The notes: generated by a model not told the origin, from the sequence alone. Shown: positions 17,041-26,036, numbered from the stretch's first letter. The stretch: 32,000 bases of DNA from Clostridia bacterium (GCA_045589295.1 JAZNOU010000001.1:19418-51417), one strand, 5' to 3'. Translations and numbers: made by a program.

Positions 17041-17988
17041 ATGCAAAAATTTATTGTCGGCGAAAACGACGCAAATCAGAGACTTGACAAATATCTGACA
17101 AAAATGTTTCCAAACCTTCCGCAGTCAATGATGTATAAGGCTATACGAAAAAAGGACATTAAATTAAACGGAAAGCGTTGCGAGATTTCCTCAAGACTAA
17201 GTGTTGGAGATGTTTTACAGCTTTATATCAAAGATGAATTCTTAGAAACAAAACAGAGCAAACCTGAGGTTTGCTCTGTTGTTCCTGTTTTAAATGTTTT
17301 ATACGAAGACAACAATATACTTTTAATTGATAAAAAGCCGGGAATAAGTGTTCATTCTGACTTAACTCAGGATAAAAACAATGACCTTATAACACAAATC
17401 CAGGCATACCTTTACTTAAAAGGCGAATATAATCCTGATGATAAAAGCTCTTTTACTCCGTCGCTTTGCAACAGAATAGACAAAAACACAGGCGGTATTG
17501 TAATTGCAGCCAAAAATGCAACTGCACTCCGCACCATAAATCAAAAAATCAAAAATAGAGAGATTTCAAAAAAATACCTTTGCATTGTTCATGGAATTCT
17601 TGATAAAAAAAGTGCAACTCTCAACGCTTATCATATTAAAAATAGCAAGCTTAACCGAGCTTTTATATTTGACACCCCTGAAGATGGGGCAAGAAAAATC
17701 ACCACTAAATACAAAGTATTAAAAGAAAAAGATGGTCTTTCTTTAGTTGAGGTAGATTTGCTTACAGGAAGAACCCATCAGATAAGAGCGCATTTTGCAT
17801 ACATAGGTCACCCACTCGCCGGTGACACCAAGTATGGCACAAACAAACAAAATCAGCACCTTAGCTTTAAGCATCAGGCGCTGTACTCATACAAAATTAA
17901 ATTTAATTTTACATCTTCTTCCCCGCTTGATTACTTAAAGGGAAAAGAGTTTACCGTAGAAAAGGTTGATTTTGCAGAAAATTTTTAA
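17041..17988 (+). CDS. RluA/RluD-family 23S rRNA pseudouridine synthase with an N-terminal S4 domain
   Basis: Start moved to ATG 17041. S4-like QRLDKYLTKMF...KAIRKKDIKLNGKR, catalytic loop NRIDKNTGGIVIAAK, and TGRTHQIRAHF. Confidence 0.9.
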   Translation: MQKFIVGENDANQRLDKYLTKMFPNLPQSMMYKAIRKKDIKLNGKRCEISSRLSVGDVLQLYIKDEFLETKQSKPEVCSVVPVLNVLYEDNNILLIDKKPGISVHSDLTQDKNNDLITQIQAYLYLKGEYNPDDKSSFTPSLCNRIDKNTGGIVIAAKNATALRTINQKIKNREISKKYLCIVHGILDKKSATLNAYHIKNSKLNRAFIFDTPEDGARKITTKYKVLKEKDGLSLVEVDLLTGRTHQIRAHFAYIGHPLAGDTKYGTNKQNQHLSFKHQALYSYKIKFNFTSSSPLDYLKGKEFTVEKVDFAENF

Positions 17989-18680
17989 AGATTTTCAAGT
18001 GCACTTTCAACGGTCTGTTTATCAAGGTCAGACAAATATGAAAATTTTTGCAAAAGAGCTTTTTGGAAAAGTTCTTTTGCTTTTTTAATATTCCCCTGTT
18101 TTAATTTAACAAGCCCGTAGTTATAATACGCTTCCGGGAAAGATGGAGTTTTTTCTTGATGCATTTTTTCATAAATTTCTTCTGCCTTACCAAAATCCTC
18201 TAAAAGATAATAGCTAAATGCAAGATTGTCCAAAATCACCGCATCATCAGATGCAAAATCATAAGCTTCCAAATTAAGTTTAAGTGCTTTTTCGCCATCA
18301 CCCTGCAAAACATAAAAATACCCTAAATTTCCGTAAACAACAGTATTCTTATAATCTTTTAAAATATTTTCAGTCCTCTTTACTGCCTCGTCAAGCTTTC
18401 CCTCTTTCCAAAGTAAAAGCGCATAGTTTTGTTCAACCTGAACTTTAATATCCTTAGAACATTTTTTTAGTTGTTTATCAAACGGAAATATAAGATTATC
18501 AAAGACTTCTCTTGCTTTTAAAAAGTCGCCATTTTTCATAAGATAAAAAGCACAAAAAACTTTCATTTCAATTGTTGCTTTTTTCTTTTGTATCAATTTT
18601 TCAAAAATTTCAAGTCCTTTTTGTTCGTTACCAATAACAATTTGCCCTTTTGCTTTACGAAACAAATGTTTTTCAAACAA
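17985..18680 (-). CDS. Tetratricopeptide (TPR) repeat protein
   Basis: 231 aa with repeated A/Y/G/L TPR-like 34-mers (e.g. YNYGLVKLKQGNIKKAKELFQKAL). The start codon is TTG at 18680-18678, 6 nt after the purine-rich GAGAGGGAA at the end of the upstream gene. Confidence 0.7.
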   Translation of the reverse strand: MFEKHLFRKAKGQIVIGNEQKGLEIFEKLIQKKKATIEMKVFCAFYLMKNGDFLKAREVFDNLIFPFDKQLKKCSKDIKVQVEQNYALLLWKEGKLDEAVKRTENILKDYKNTVVYGNLGYFYVLQGDGEKALKLNLEAYDFASDDAVILDNLAFSYYLLEDFGKAEEIYEKMHQEKTPSFPEAYYNYGLVKLKQGNIKKAKELFQKALLQKFSYLSDLDKQTVESALENL

Positions 18681-18683
18681 TTT

Positions 18684-19793
18684 TTATTCCCTCTCCCCAA
18701 TACCTATAATAAACTCACACAAATCACGTGTTGCATAAGGCTTTCCAATGTGCTTTATACCATCGGAAAGATTTTTTATTTTCCATTCATTATTAAAAAG
18801 CTGATAAATTGCTTCATCCACTTTATATGTTGATGTTACAAGCTGTGCCATACCATTATTCAACAAAAATTCAACATTTCTGTCTTCCTGACCGGGTATA
18901 GGATTTATTAAAATAAGGGGCATTCCTTTTGCCAAACTTTCCGAAACTGTAAGACCACCCGGCTTTGTAATTATACAATCTGATGCATCCATTAAAACAT
19001 CAACATTATTCACAAAACCGTAGCAATAAATTATCTTTTTTGTATCAAGCGTTTCAATTCTGCGCTTTAATGATTTGTTACTTCCACATACAACAATTAT
19101 CTGAAAATCAAGCTCTAATTTATCAAGCTCTTTTATGCGTTTTACAACTTTACCAAAGCCCATAGAGCCACTCATCACCAAAACAGTAGGTTTTTCCTCA
19201 ATACCAAGCATTTTTCTTGCCTGACTTTTAGGAATTTTCTGTGCAAATTTTTCATCAATTGGTATGCCGAAAGGTTTTATCTTTTCAAGCGGAATATTCT
19301 TTTTTTGTGCCTGACAATTTAACAACTCGGATGCTGTCACATAATAATCAAGTGTAGTTTTCTGCCAATACGGATGTATAGTATAGTCGGTAATAATTCC
19401 TACAGTAACAACATCTGACAAAATTTCTTCACCCAAAGCATTAATCATATGTGCTGCCATAACGTGCGTGGCAATAATAACATCCGGATTATATGCCTTT
19501 ACAAACTTGGCAAACTTTATTTTCATAACCTTATTTGCCGCCTTTAACATATAAAGCTTGTCATAAGGGTCGCTTATCTCTGCCATTCTGTAAAATTTGC
19601 CATAAACATTTGGTGCATATTTTGTTGAAGCAAGGTAGCCTTTTTGAACACTTCCGCCTAAAAGCTTGCTTACATATTTGTAAACATCAATAAGCTTTGC
19701 TTCGTGCCCATGGCTTTTTATATATTTTTCTATTGCCGCACCGGTAGACAAGTGTCCACCGCCGGTTGGTATTGTAAGAACCAATACTTTCAT
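18684..19793 (-). CDS. MGDG-synthase-family (GT28) glycosyltransferase, UgtP/YpfP-like diacylglycerol glycosyltransferase
   Basis: 369 aa. MKVLVLTIPTGGGHLSTGAAI (compare UgtP ILTANYGNGH), ITDYTIHPYW, FGIPI, and a C-terminal GT-B domain ITKPGGLTVSESLAKGMP. Confidence 0.85.
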   Translation of the reverse strand: MKVLVLTIPTGGGHLSTGAAIEKYIKSHGHEAKLIDVYKYVSKLLGGSVQKGYLASTKYAPNVYGKFYRMAEISDPYDKLYMLKAANKVMKIKFAKFVKAYNPDVIIATHVMAAHMINALGEEILSDVVTVGIITDYTIHPYWQKTTLDYYVTASELLNCQAQKKNIPLEKIKPFGIPIDEKFAQKIPKSQARKMLGIEEKPTVLVMSGSMGFGKVVKRIKELDKLELDFQIIVVCGSNKSLKRRIETLDTKKIIYCYGFVNNVDVLMDASDCIITKPGGLTVSESLAKGMPLILINPIPGQEDRNVEFLLNNGMAQLVTSTYKVDEAIYQLFNNEWKIKNLSDGIKHIGKPYATRDLCEFIIGIGERE

Positions 19794-19897
19794 TTTTTCT
19801 ACTTCCTTTTATAAATAAATTGCAAACATTTTCAAATTCACATTTATTTTAATATGACAAAACTATCCACTTGTCCACTGCAAGAGAATTAACAACT

Positions 19898-19996
19898 TTA
19901 CTTATATTCCCTGAATTGTACGGATACTCCATCGGGGTCATAAACATAAAAACTGCGAGGCATAAAGTTTAGATGCAAACCCTTTTTGATGGCTGC
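19898..19996 (-). pseudogene. Orphan C-terminal fragment of a VOC/glyoxalase-family gene
   Basis: The frame between TGA (19997-19999) and TAA (19898-19900) reads AAIKKGLHLNFMPRSFYVYDPDGVSVQFREYK*. The FYxxDPDGxxVxF ending is the typical last strand of VOC proteins. No N-terminal part or usable start is present. Confidence 0.4.
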
Positions 19997-20042
19997 TCAT
20001 GTCAAGCTATAACTAAAAACATATAAATAAATTGGAATTTGT

Positions 20043-20309
20043 TTATTTCTTTTTTCGTATAGGTACAATTACCTTTAACAGCAGTATAATAACAGCTATC
20101 AGGAAAAGTTGTATAAGGATAGCATAAATTATAAGACCCCGCGATTCGTAATAACACAACTCGTCCCACCAAACAACGACTTCAAAAATCGCAGTCAGTA
20201 AAATACTAAACCAAACATATCTACGATTGATAAAGAAAAATACAAAAGATAGGATAAATGTCGGTAAAACTTTTGGTAATAAAAGATATTGAATGATTAT
20301 TGTTAGCAT
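20043..20309 (-). CDS. Small hypothetical membrane protein (88 aa, ~3 TM helices)
   Basis: ATG 20309 is preceded by GTGGTGGTG, 5 nt upstream. Three hydrophobic segments and a C-terminal RKKK. I recognise no family. Confidence 0.5.
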   Translation of the reverse strand: MLTIIIQYLLLPKVLPTFILSFVFFFINRRYVWFSILLTAIFEVVVWWDELCYYESRGLIIYAILIQLFLIAVIILLLKVIVPIRKKK

Positions 20310-20333
20310 AATGACACCACCACAAATTCTTAT

Positions 20334-20663
20334 TTATCTGTTTGACATTTTTACGACATACTTTGCGTCAGGCTCAGGATGACGAATATCAGACGGATTC
20401 ATACCAAGCAAAACAGCCTTACTGTGCACCGTCTCAAGGTTATCTGTAGCAAAGCATAAAAACATACCTTTGCCCTCAAACACTTGGCCTTCAGGCATAG
20501 CAATTAATTCTACTTCGGTATCGTTTTCAGAATCATAAAGATAAGCAACATTTCCACCGCCTGCAGAAAATTGCTTACCAATCTTAAGTTGGACAAGTTC
20601 GGTATAAAAATTTAAAGAATTTTCAAAATTTTTTACTCTTAACGATATGTGATGAAATTTAAT
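20334..20663 (-). CDS. VOC/glyoxalase-family protein with no canonical start codon (possible ATT start, or a decaying gene)
   Basis: Not in the ORF track. The frame is open from 20717 to TAA 20334-20336. From 20663 it reads I-KFHHISLRVKNFENSLNFYTELVQLKIGKQF...EVELIAMPEGQVFEGKGMFLCFATDNLETVHSKAVLLGMNPSDIRHPEPDAKYVVKMSNR* (109 codons). The length is 330 nt, an exact multiple of 3. Confidence 0.6.
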   Translation of the reverse strand: MKFHHISLRVKNFENSLNFYTELVQLKIGKQFSAGGGNVAYLYDSENDTEVELIAMPEGQVFEGKGMFLCFATDNLETVHSKAVLLGMNPSDIRHPEPDAKYVVKMSNR

Positions 20664-20735
20664 ATTAATTTCCCTTTCTAAAATTCCTCTCTGACATAAG
20701 CAGGCTCTGCTCGTTGATTAAGACTGGTCTAAACA

Positions 20736-22166
20736 TTATATTCTTTTATACAATTCATTCAGCCTAATATATTTATTTTTATCAATAGATAAAAGCTGGT
20801 CTTTTGTAATTCTGAAACGCCAATTACCATCTGCTTGTCCCGGGATATTCATTCTTGTATCCGAGCCATAGCACAACAAATCTTGAATGGGAAGAATTAC
20901 AATGCCTGCATTACTCATAAAGACTGCTCTTAAGATGCTGTCAATTCCATTTCCCCAATCTTCCGAGAAATAGTTACAGTATTCCAACATTCTTTTTTTA
21001 TTGTCCATATCAAGTTCCCATAAATATCCTAAAAGTGTATTATTGTCGTGAGTGCCTGTATATGCAACACAATTATTTATGTAATTATGAGGCATATGAG
21101 GGTTATCATAATCACCTAAAAAGCCAAATTGGAACACTCGTATTCCCGGCAAATTGTTATCCTCTAAAAGCTTAACTACCTCCTCAGTAATTTCACCAAG
21201 GTCTTCTGCTATAATAAGCTTATCGGAAAAACGGGAATTGATTTTTTCTATAAAATCCGTTCCCGGTCCTTTAATCCACTTACCATTTTTTGCGGTCTTA
21301 CTGCCATAGGGTACTGCCCAGAATGATTCAAGTCCGCGGAAATGGTCAATCCTTACCCCATCAAAAAGTTCGGTCATATAAGCGATTCTTTCCATCCACC
21401 AGCCAAAACCGTTTTCTCTCATTTTTTCCCAATTGTAAAGAGGATTTCCCCAAAGCTGACCATCCTCACAAAAATAATCTGGCGGAACACCCGCAACAAG
21501 AGTTGGCTTATCACCGTCAAGCAAAAATTCTTCCTTATTGGACCATACATCAGAGCTGTCAAAAGAAACATATATTGGTATATCACCTATAATTTTAATT
21601 CCTTTTTCATTTGCATAGGCCTTTATATCAAGCCACTCATTTATAAACTCATATTGAATAAATTGCCACATAAAAAGAGTTGCAGGGTCATAATCTTCCC
21701 TGGTCCACAAGTTCCAGGGCTTGTTTTCATTTGCATCTTTTTTTGCCATAAACAGGCAAAAATTATTTACCAAAGGTCTGGCTTCGATATAGGAAGACAC
21801 CTTATTTTTATCAACCACTCTGGACGACGCCTTCATAAGAAGAGTAAAGCGCTCCTCCCACAGTCTTTCATACTCAGCACCATAAGGCTGAGCCTGCCTT
21901 GCAATGTCAAGCTCATCCTTAGTGACAAGTCCTTTTTTAAAAAGTATTTCCAAATCCACAAAATAGGGATTACCAGAAAAGGCACTGTACGACTGATAAG
22001 GTGAATTAAAGCTATCTGCCATATTGAACGGCAATACCTGCCAGTATGAAAACTTACATTCACTTAGAAAATCAACAAACTCCTTTGCGGCCTCTCCAAA
22101 ACTACCTATGGAATAATCCCCATACAATGAGGATATATGCATTAAAACCCCGCTTTTTCTTTTCAT
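20736..22166 (-). CDS. malQ: 4-alpha-glucanotransferase (amylomaltase, GH77)
   Basis: 476 aa. MKRKSGVLMHISSLYGDYSIGSFG is the typical GH77 N-terminus. Also GDIPIYV, RIDHFRG and TGTHDN. RBS AGGAG. Confidence 0.93.
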   Translation of the reverse strand: MKRKSGVLMHISSLYGDYSIGSFGEAAKEFVDFLSECKFSYWQVLPFNMADSFNSPYQSYSAFSGNPYFVDLEILFKKGLVTKDELDIARQAQPYGAEYERLWEERFTLLMKASSRVVDKNKVSSYIEARPLVNNFCLFMAKKDANENKPWNLWTREDYDPATLFMWQFIQYEFINEWLDIKAYANEKGIKIIGDIPIYVSFDSSDVWSNKEEFLLDGDKPTLVAGVPPDYFCEDGQLWGNPLYNWEKMRENGFGWWMERIAYMTELFDGVRIDHFRGLESFWAVPYGSKTAKNGKWIKGPGTDFIEKINSRFSDKLIIAEDLGEITEEVVKLLEDNNLPGIRVFQFGFLGDYDNPHMPHNYINNCVAYTGTHDNNTLLGYLWELDMDNKKRMLEYCNYFSEDWGNGIDSILRAVFMSNAGIVILPIQDLLCYGSDTRMNIPGQADGNWRFRITKDQLLSIDKNKYIRLNELYKRI

Positions 22167-22200
22167 TTTATACTCCTGATTATTTTTATAGGAAAAAGGT

Positions 22201-24603
22201 TTATAATATTGGTTCTATACCCCAAATATTCTCAGCATACTCAGCAACTGAGCGGTCTGCAGCAAACAGACCTGAATTTGCAATGTTTTTAAGAGACATT
22301 TTTGCAAATCCAATTTTGTCAGCATAAGCTTTATCAACCTTATCGTGAGCCTCGCAATATGCCCTAAAGTCTGCAAGACACATATAAGGGTCAGAGTTAA
22401 TAAGATTGTTATAGATATTATCAAAGTTTTTGCCGTTGATTCCGCTTTTTATAAATTCCAACACATCACGGATATCTTTATCATTATCATAATAATATCT
22501 CGGACTATATCCGTTTTTATAAAGTTCCTCAACCTCATTTGCACGCAGGCCGAATATAAAGATATTTTCATCACCTACAGATTCAAATATTTCAACATTC
22601 GCACCATCCATTGTACCTAAGGTCACGGCGCCGTTTATCATAAATTTCATATTGCCTGTTCCTGATGCTTCCTTACCAGCCTGAGAAATCTGCTCACTGA
22701 TATCTGCAGCAGGTATAATAATTTCTGCTAAAGATACCCTGTAATCAGCAATGAACACAACCTTCATATAATCTCTTACATCTGCATCCTTTTCAATCAT
22801 CTCAGAAATAGCACAAATAAGTCTTATGATTTCCTTTGCCATATAGTAGCCCTTAGAAGCTTTGGCAGCAAAAATATATGTTTTAGGCTGTGGTCTTAAG
22901 CCCTCAAACTTAATGCGTCTGTACATATAAATAATATGAAGCACATTAAGGAGCTGGCGCTTGTATTCGTGAAGTCTTTTTACCTGAATATCAAAAATTG
23001 AATTACAATCAACTGAAATTCCGTTTGTTTTTAAGATATAATCAGCAAGGCGTTTTTTGTTCTCATATTTAATCTGAAGAAGTTTTTCCAATACTTTTTC
23101 ATCATTTTCAAACTTATTAAAGTCAGCAATTTTATAAAGGTCTTTCTTATACATATCCCCTATTTTTTCTTCTAAAAGCTGTGTAAGAAGCGGATTTGCC
23201 TGACACAACCATCTTCTGTGGGCAATACCGTTTGTTACATTGGTAAGCTTATCAGGGAATATAGAGTGAAATTCCTTAAATGTATCGGCTTTTAAAATCT
23301 CTGAATGAAGTTTGGACACGCCGTTTACATTAAAGCAACATGCCATACAAAGATTTGCCATTTTTACCACGCCGTCTGAAATAATAGACATAGCATTTAT
23401 TTTATTTGAAAATTCAGGATGTTTTTCATAAATCATTCCGCAAAATCTTCTGTTAATTTCTTCGATTATTGTATAAATTCTAGGAAGATGAGATTTTATA
23501 AGGTCTACAGGCCATTTTTCGAGAGCTTCACTCATAACAGTATGATTTGTATAAGCAAGAGTATCACATGTGATTTCCCAAGCTTTGTCCCAAAGATAAC
23601 CATAATCATCCATAAGTATTCTCATAAGCTCTGGAACACATAATGATGGATGAGTATCATTTATATGGATAACCACCTTATCGGCTAAATTATCAAGAGT
23701 ATTATATTTTTCAAAGTGCATTCTTGTAATCTGTTGCATAGAAGCACTTACAAAGAAATACTGTTGTTTTACTCTTAATGATTTTCCGTTATAATTATCG
23801 TCTGCTGGGTATAAAACCTTGGAAATTGAACTTGCAATAGCTTCCTTTTCAGATGCTTTGCCGTGCTCACCCTGAGCAAAAAGGTCCATGTCAAAACCTT
23901 CTTTGCTGTTAGCACCCCAAAGTCTTAAAACATTAACCGCTTCAGTATCGTGACCTGAAATAAACAAATCGTAAGGTGTTGCAGTTACAGGAACATAGTT
24001 TACATGCTCAGTAGACAAGCCTTTTTCTGTCCAGATTTCATTCACATTACCGAAAAATTTAACCTCAACCGCTTCATCTTTTCTCGGACGGAGCCAATGA
24101 CCGCCAAGTTCCATCCAGTCATCAGGAAATTCAGTCTGCCATCCGTCAACAATAACCTGCTTGAAAATACCAAAATCATATTTTATTGAAAAACCAGTCG
24201 CCATATAACCCAAAGATGTAAGCGAATCCATATAGCAAGAAGCAAGTCTTCCAAGACCGCCATTACCAAGGCCTGCGTCAGGTTCCATTTCATAAAGTTC
24301 ATCAATATCAAAGTTGTTTTCTTTAAGCATATTTGCTATATCTTTTTCTATACCTAAATTCCAGAGGTTATTTCTTAAAGATGTGCCAACAAGGAATTCC
24401 ATAGACATATAAAACACTTGCTTTGCTTCTTTTTCATTTGTTTTTTTATTAAAAGCGTATCGTTTTTTTGCAAGGATTTCATTGGTTACACCCAAAACGG
24501 CCTGATAAATTTGTCTTTTTCCTGCAGAATTCAAATCACAACCAAAGTTAAGTTCGATATACTGCTCCATCTTTTGTTTAAATTCTTTTGCATTGATATT
24601 CAT
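22201..24603 (-). CDS. glgP: Glycogen/maltodextrin phosphorylase (GT35)
   Basis: 800 aa. GLGNGGLGRLA, the EASGTGNMKF pyridoxal-phosphate Lys motif, and LHEYKRQ. The ATG shares one nucleotide with the glgA stop (TAATG). Confidence 0.95.
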   Translation of the reverse strand: MNINAKEFKQKMEQYIELNFGCDLNSAGKRQIYQAVLGVTNEILAKKRYAFNKKTNEKEAKQVFYMSMEFLVGTSLRNNLWNLGIEKDIANMLKENNFDIDELYEMEPDAGLGNGGLGRLASCYMDSLTSLGYMATGFSIKYDFGIFKQVIVDGWQTEFPDDWMELGGHWLRPRKDEAVEVKFFGNVNEIWTEKGLSTEHVNYVPVTATPYDLFISGHDTEAVNVLRLWGANSKEGFDMDLFAQGEHGKASEKEAIASSISKVLYPADDNYNGKSLRVKQQYFFVSASMQQITRMHFEKYNTLDNLADKVVIHINDTHPSLCVPELMRILMDDYGYLWDKAWEITCDTLAYTNHTVMSEALEKWPVDLIKSHLPRIYTIIEEINRRFCGMIYEKHPEFSNKINAMSIISDGVVKMANLCMACCFNVNGVSKLHSEILKADTFKEFHSIFPDKLTNVTNGIAHRRWLCQANPLLTQLLEEKIGDMYKKDLYKIADFNKFENDEKVLEKLLQIKYENKKRLADYILKTNGISVDCNSIFDIQVKRLHEYKRQLLNVLHIIYMYRRIKFEGLRPQPKTYIFAAKASKGYYMAKEIIRLICAISEMIEKDADVRDYMKVVFIADYRVSLAEIIIPAADISEQISQAGKEASGTGNMKFMINGAVTLGTMDGANVEIFESVGDENIFIFGLRANEVEELYKNGYSPRYYYDNDKDIRDVLEFIKSGINGKNFDNIYNNLINSDPYMCLADFRAYCEAHDKVDKAYADKIGFAKMSLKNIANSGLFAADRSVAEYAENIWGIEPIL

Positions 24604-26036
24604 TAATTGTCTCCTTTAATAAGTTCTTTATATAATTTGATATATTCCTCTGATGCGTTATTCCAGCTTACATCCAAGGACATTGCATTTTTTATTATTG
24701 TTTTGCGGTTTTCTTTATCATAATAAAGGCTGATAGCTCTTTTAATTGCATCTAAAAAGTCGTAAGAATCGTAACTCTGGAAGGTTACACCCCAGCCTTC
24801 TTTGGTTTCAGGGTTATACGGCTTAACTGTATCCTTAAGTCCGCCAACCGTGTGCACAACAGGAATTGTTCCATAGCGCATTGCTATAAGCTGTGAAAGA
24901 CCGCAAGGTTCGGATTTTGAAGGCATTAAGAAAATATCCGCACCTGCATAGATTTTGGACGCCATTTCAGAAGAGAACATTACAACGCCTCTGACCTTAT
25001 CGTGACAGTTTGCTTCCCAGTTTCTTACAAAGCCTTCATAATCCTGGGTTCCTGTTCCTAAAATTATAAACTGAGCAGGTAGCTTTGACAGCTCATCTAA
25101 AATAGGAGCAAAAAGATCCAGACCCTTCTGGCTTGTAAGCCTTGTTACCATACCTATTAAAGGTACATCCTCAGCATCTGACAATGCCATTTGTTTTCTT
25201 AAATCGCTTTTGTTAAAGCGCTTATTCTGAATTCTTTTTATACTATAGTTTGTTTTGATTGCCTTATCGGTTTCAGGATTAAAAACCTCTGTATCAATAC
25301 CATTTACTATTCCGCGAAGCTTTTCCCTTCTTGCGCATAATATATGATAAATTCCGTATGAGTGTTCGGGATGAAGAATTTCTTCTGCGTACTGTTTGCT
25401 TACGGTAGAAACAATATCGGCAGATTCAATACCTGCTTTTAGGACATTAATATCACCATCGTACATCATAAGTGGTTTATGACAAACATCAAGGCCAAAA
25501 AGCTCACCCAAAACGTATGGGTTAAATTTCCCTTGAAATTCTATATTATGAATAGAAAGAACAGTTTTAATATTTTTATATTCATCACGGTCACGATAAA
25601 GCGTATTAAGATATACAGGAACCATAGCCGTATGCCAGTCATTTGCATTTATAATATCAGGAATAAACCCAATTACAGGAAGAATCTCCAAAACCGCGCG
25701 TGAGAAGAAGGCAAATATTTCACCATCATCTATTGAGCCATATACTTTTTCACGATGAAAATACTGTTCGTTATCAATAAAATAATAGGTAACGCCATTT
25801 CTTTCGGTCTTGAAAATTCCGCAATAGCTGTTTCTCCAACTGTTGCTGACATTAATATTGGTTACATACTCCAGTTTTTCACGCATTTCAGGTTTGATTG
25901 CCGAATAAAGCGGTAAAACAACTCTTGCATCAACACCTTTTTTATTAAGTTCTGCCGGAAGAGAGCCCATAACATCGCCAAGTCCGCCAACTTTGACAAA
26001 TGGAGCCGCCTCAGAGGCTGCAAATAATATTTTCAT
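24603..26036 (-). CDS. glgA: Glycogen synthase (ADP-glucose type, GT5)
   Basis: 477 aa. MKILFAASEAAPFVKVGGLGDV is the canonical KxGGL motif. C-terminal SEPCGLSQL. Confidence 0.95.
   Translation of the reverse strand: MKILFAASEAAPFVKVGGLGDVMGSLPAELNKKGVDARVVLPLYSAIKPEMREKLEYVTNINVSNSWRNSYCGIFKTERNGVTYYFIDNEQYFHREKVYGSIDDGEIFAFFSRAVLEILPVIGFIPDIINANDWHTAMVPVYLNTLYRDRDEYKNIKTVLSIHNIEFQGKFNPYVLGELFGLDVCHKPLMMYDGDINVLKAGIESADIVSTVSKQYAEEILHPEHSYGIYHILCARREKLRGIVNGIDTEVFNPETDKAIKTNYSIKRIQNKRFNKSDLRKQMALSDAEDVPLIGMVTRLTSQKGLDLFAPILDELSKLPAQFIILGTGTQDYEGFVRNWEANCHDKVRGVVMFSSEMASKIYAGADIFLMPSKSEPCGLSQLIAMRYGTIPVVHTVGGLKDTVKPYNPETKEGWGVTFQSYDSYDFLDAIKRAISLYYDKENRKTIIKNAMSLDVSWNNASEEYIKLYKELIKGDN

Noticed and set aside
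19949-20355. MITE or IS-like element as the cause of the split VOC gene
   Set aside because: The segment between the two TATGT copies has no terminal inverted repeats (ends CGTAAAAATGTCAAAC... and ...ATGCCTCGCAGTTTT) and no transposase. A 5-nt repeat is within chance expectation. Insertion is kept only as one of two models in the finding.
21342-22004. 220-aa plus-strand ORF antisense to malQ, strikingly long for an AT-rich genome
   Set aside because: It is in the codon-aligned antisense frame (both triplet registers begin at coordinates divisible by 3). Stops there can only arise from sense TTA, CTA or TCA codons. In this stretch malQ encodes Leu with CTT/TTG/CTG and Ser with TCT/AGC/AGT/TCC/TCG, so the frame stays open passively. 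The product is low-complexity and rich in K/I/F/R. There is no SD sequence before 21342. malQ is an unambiguous GH77 gene.
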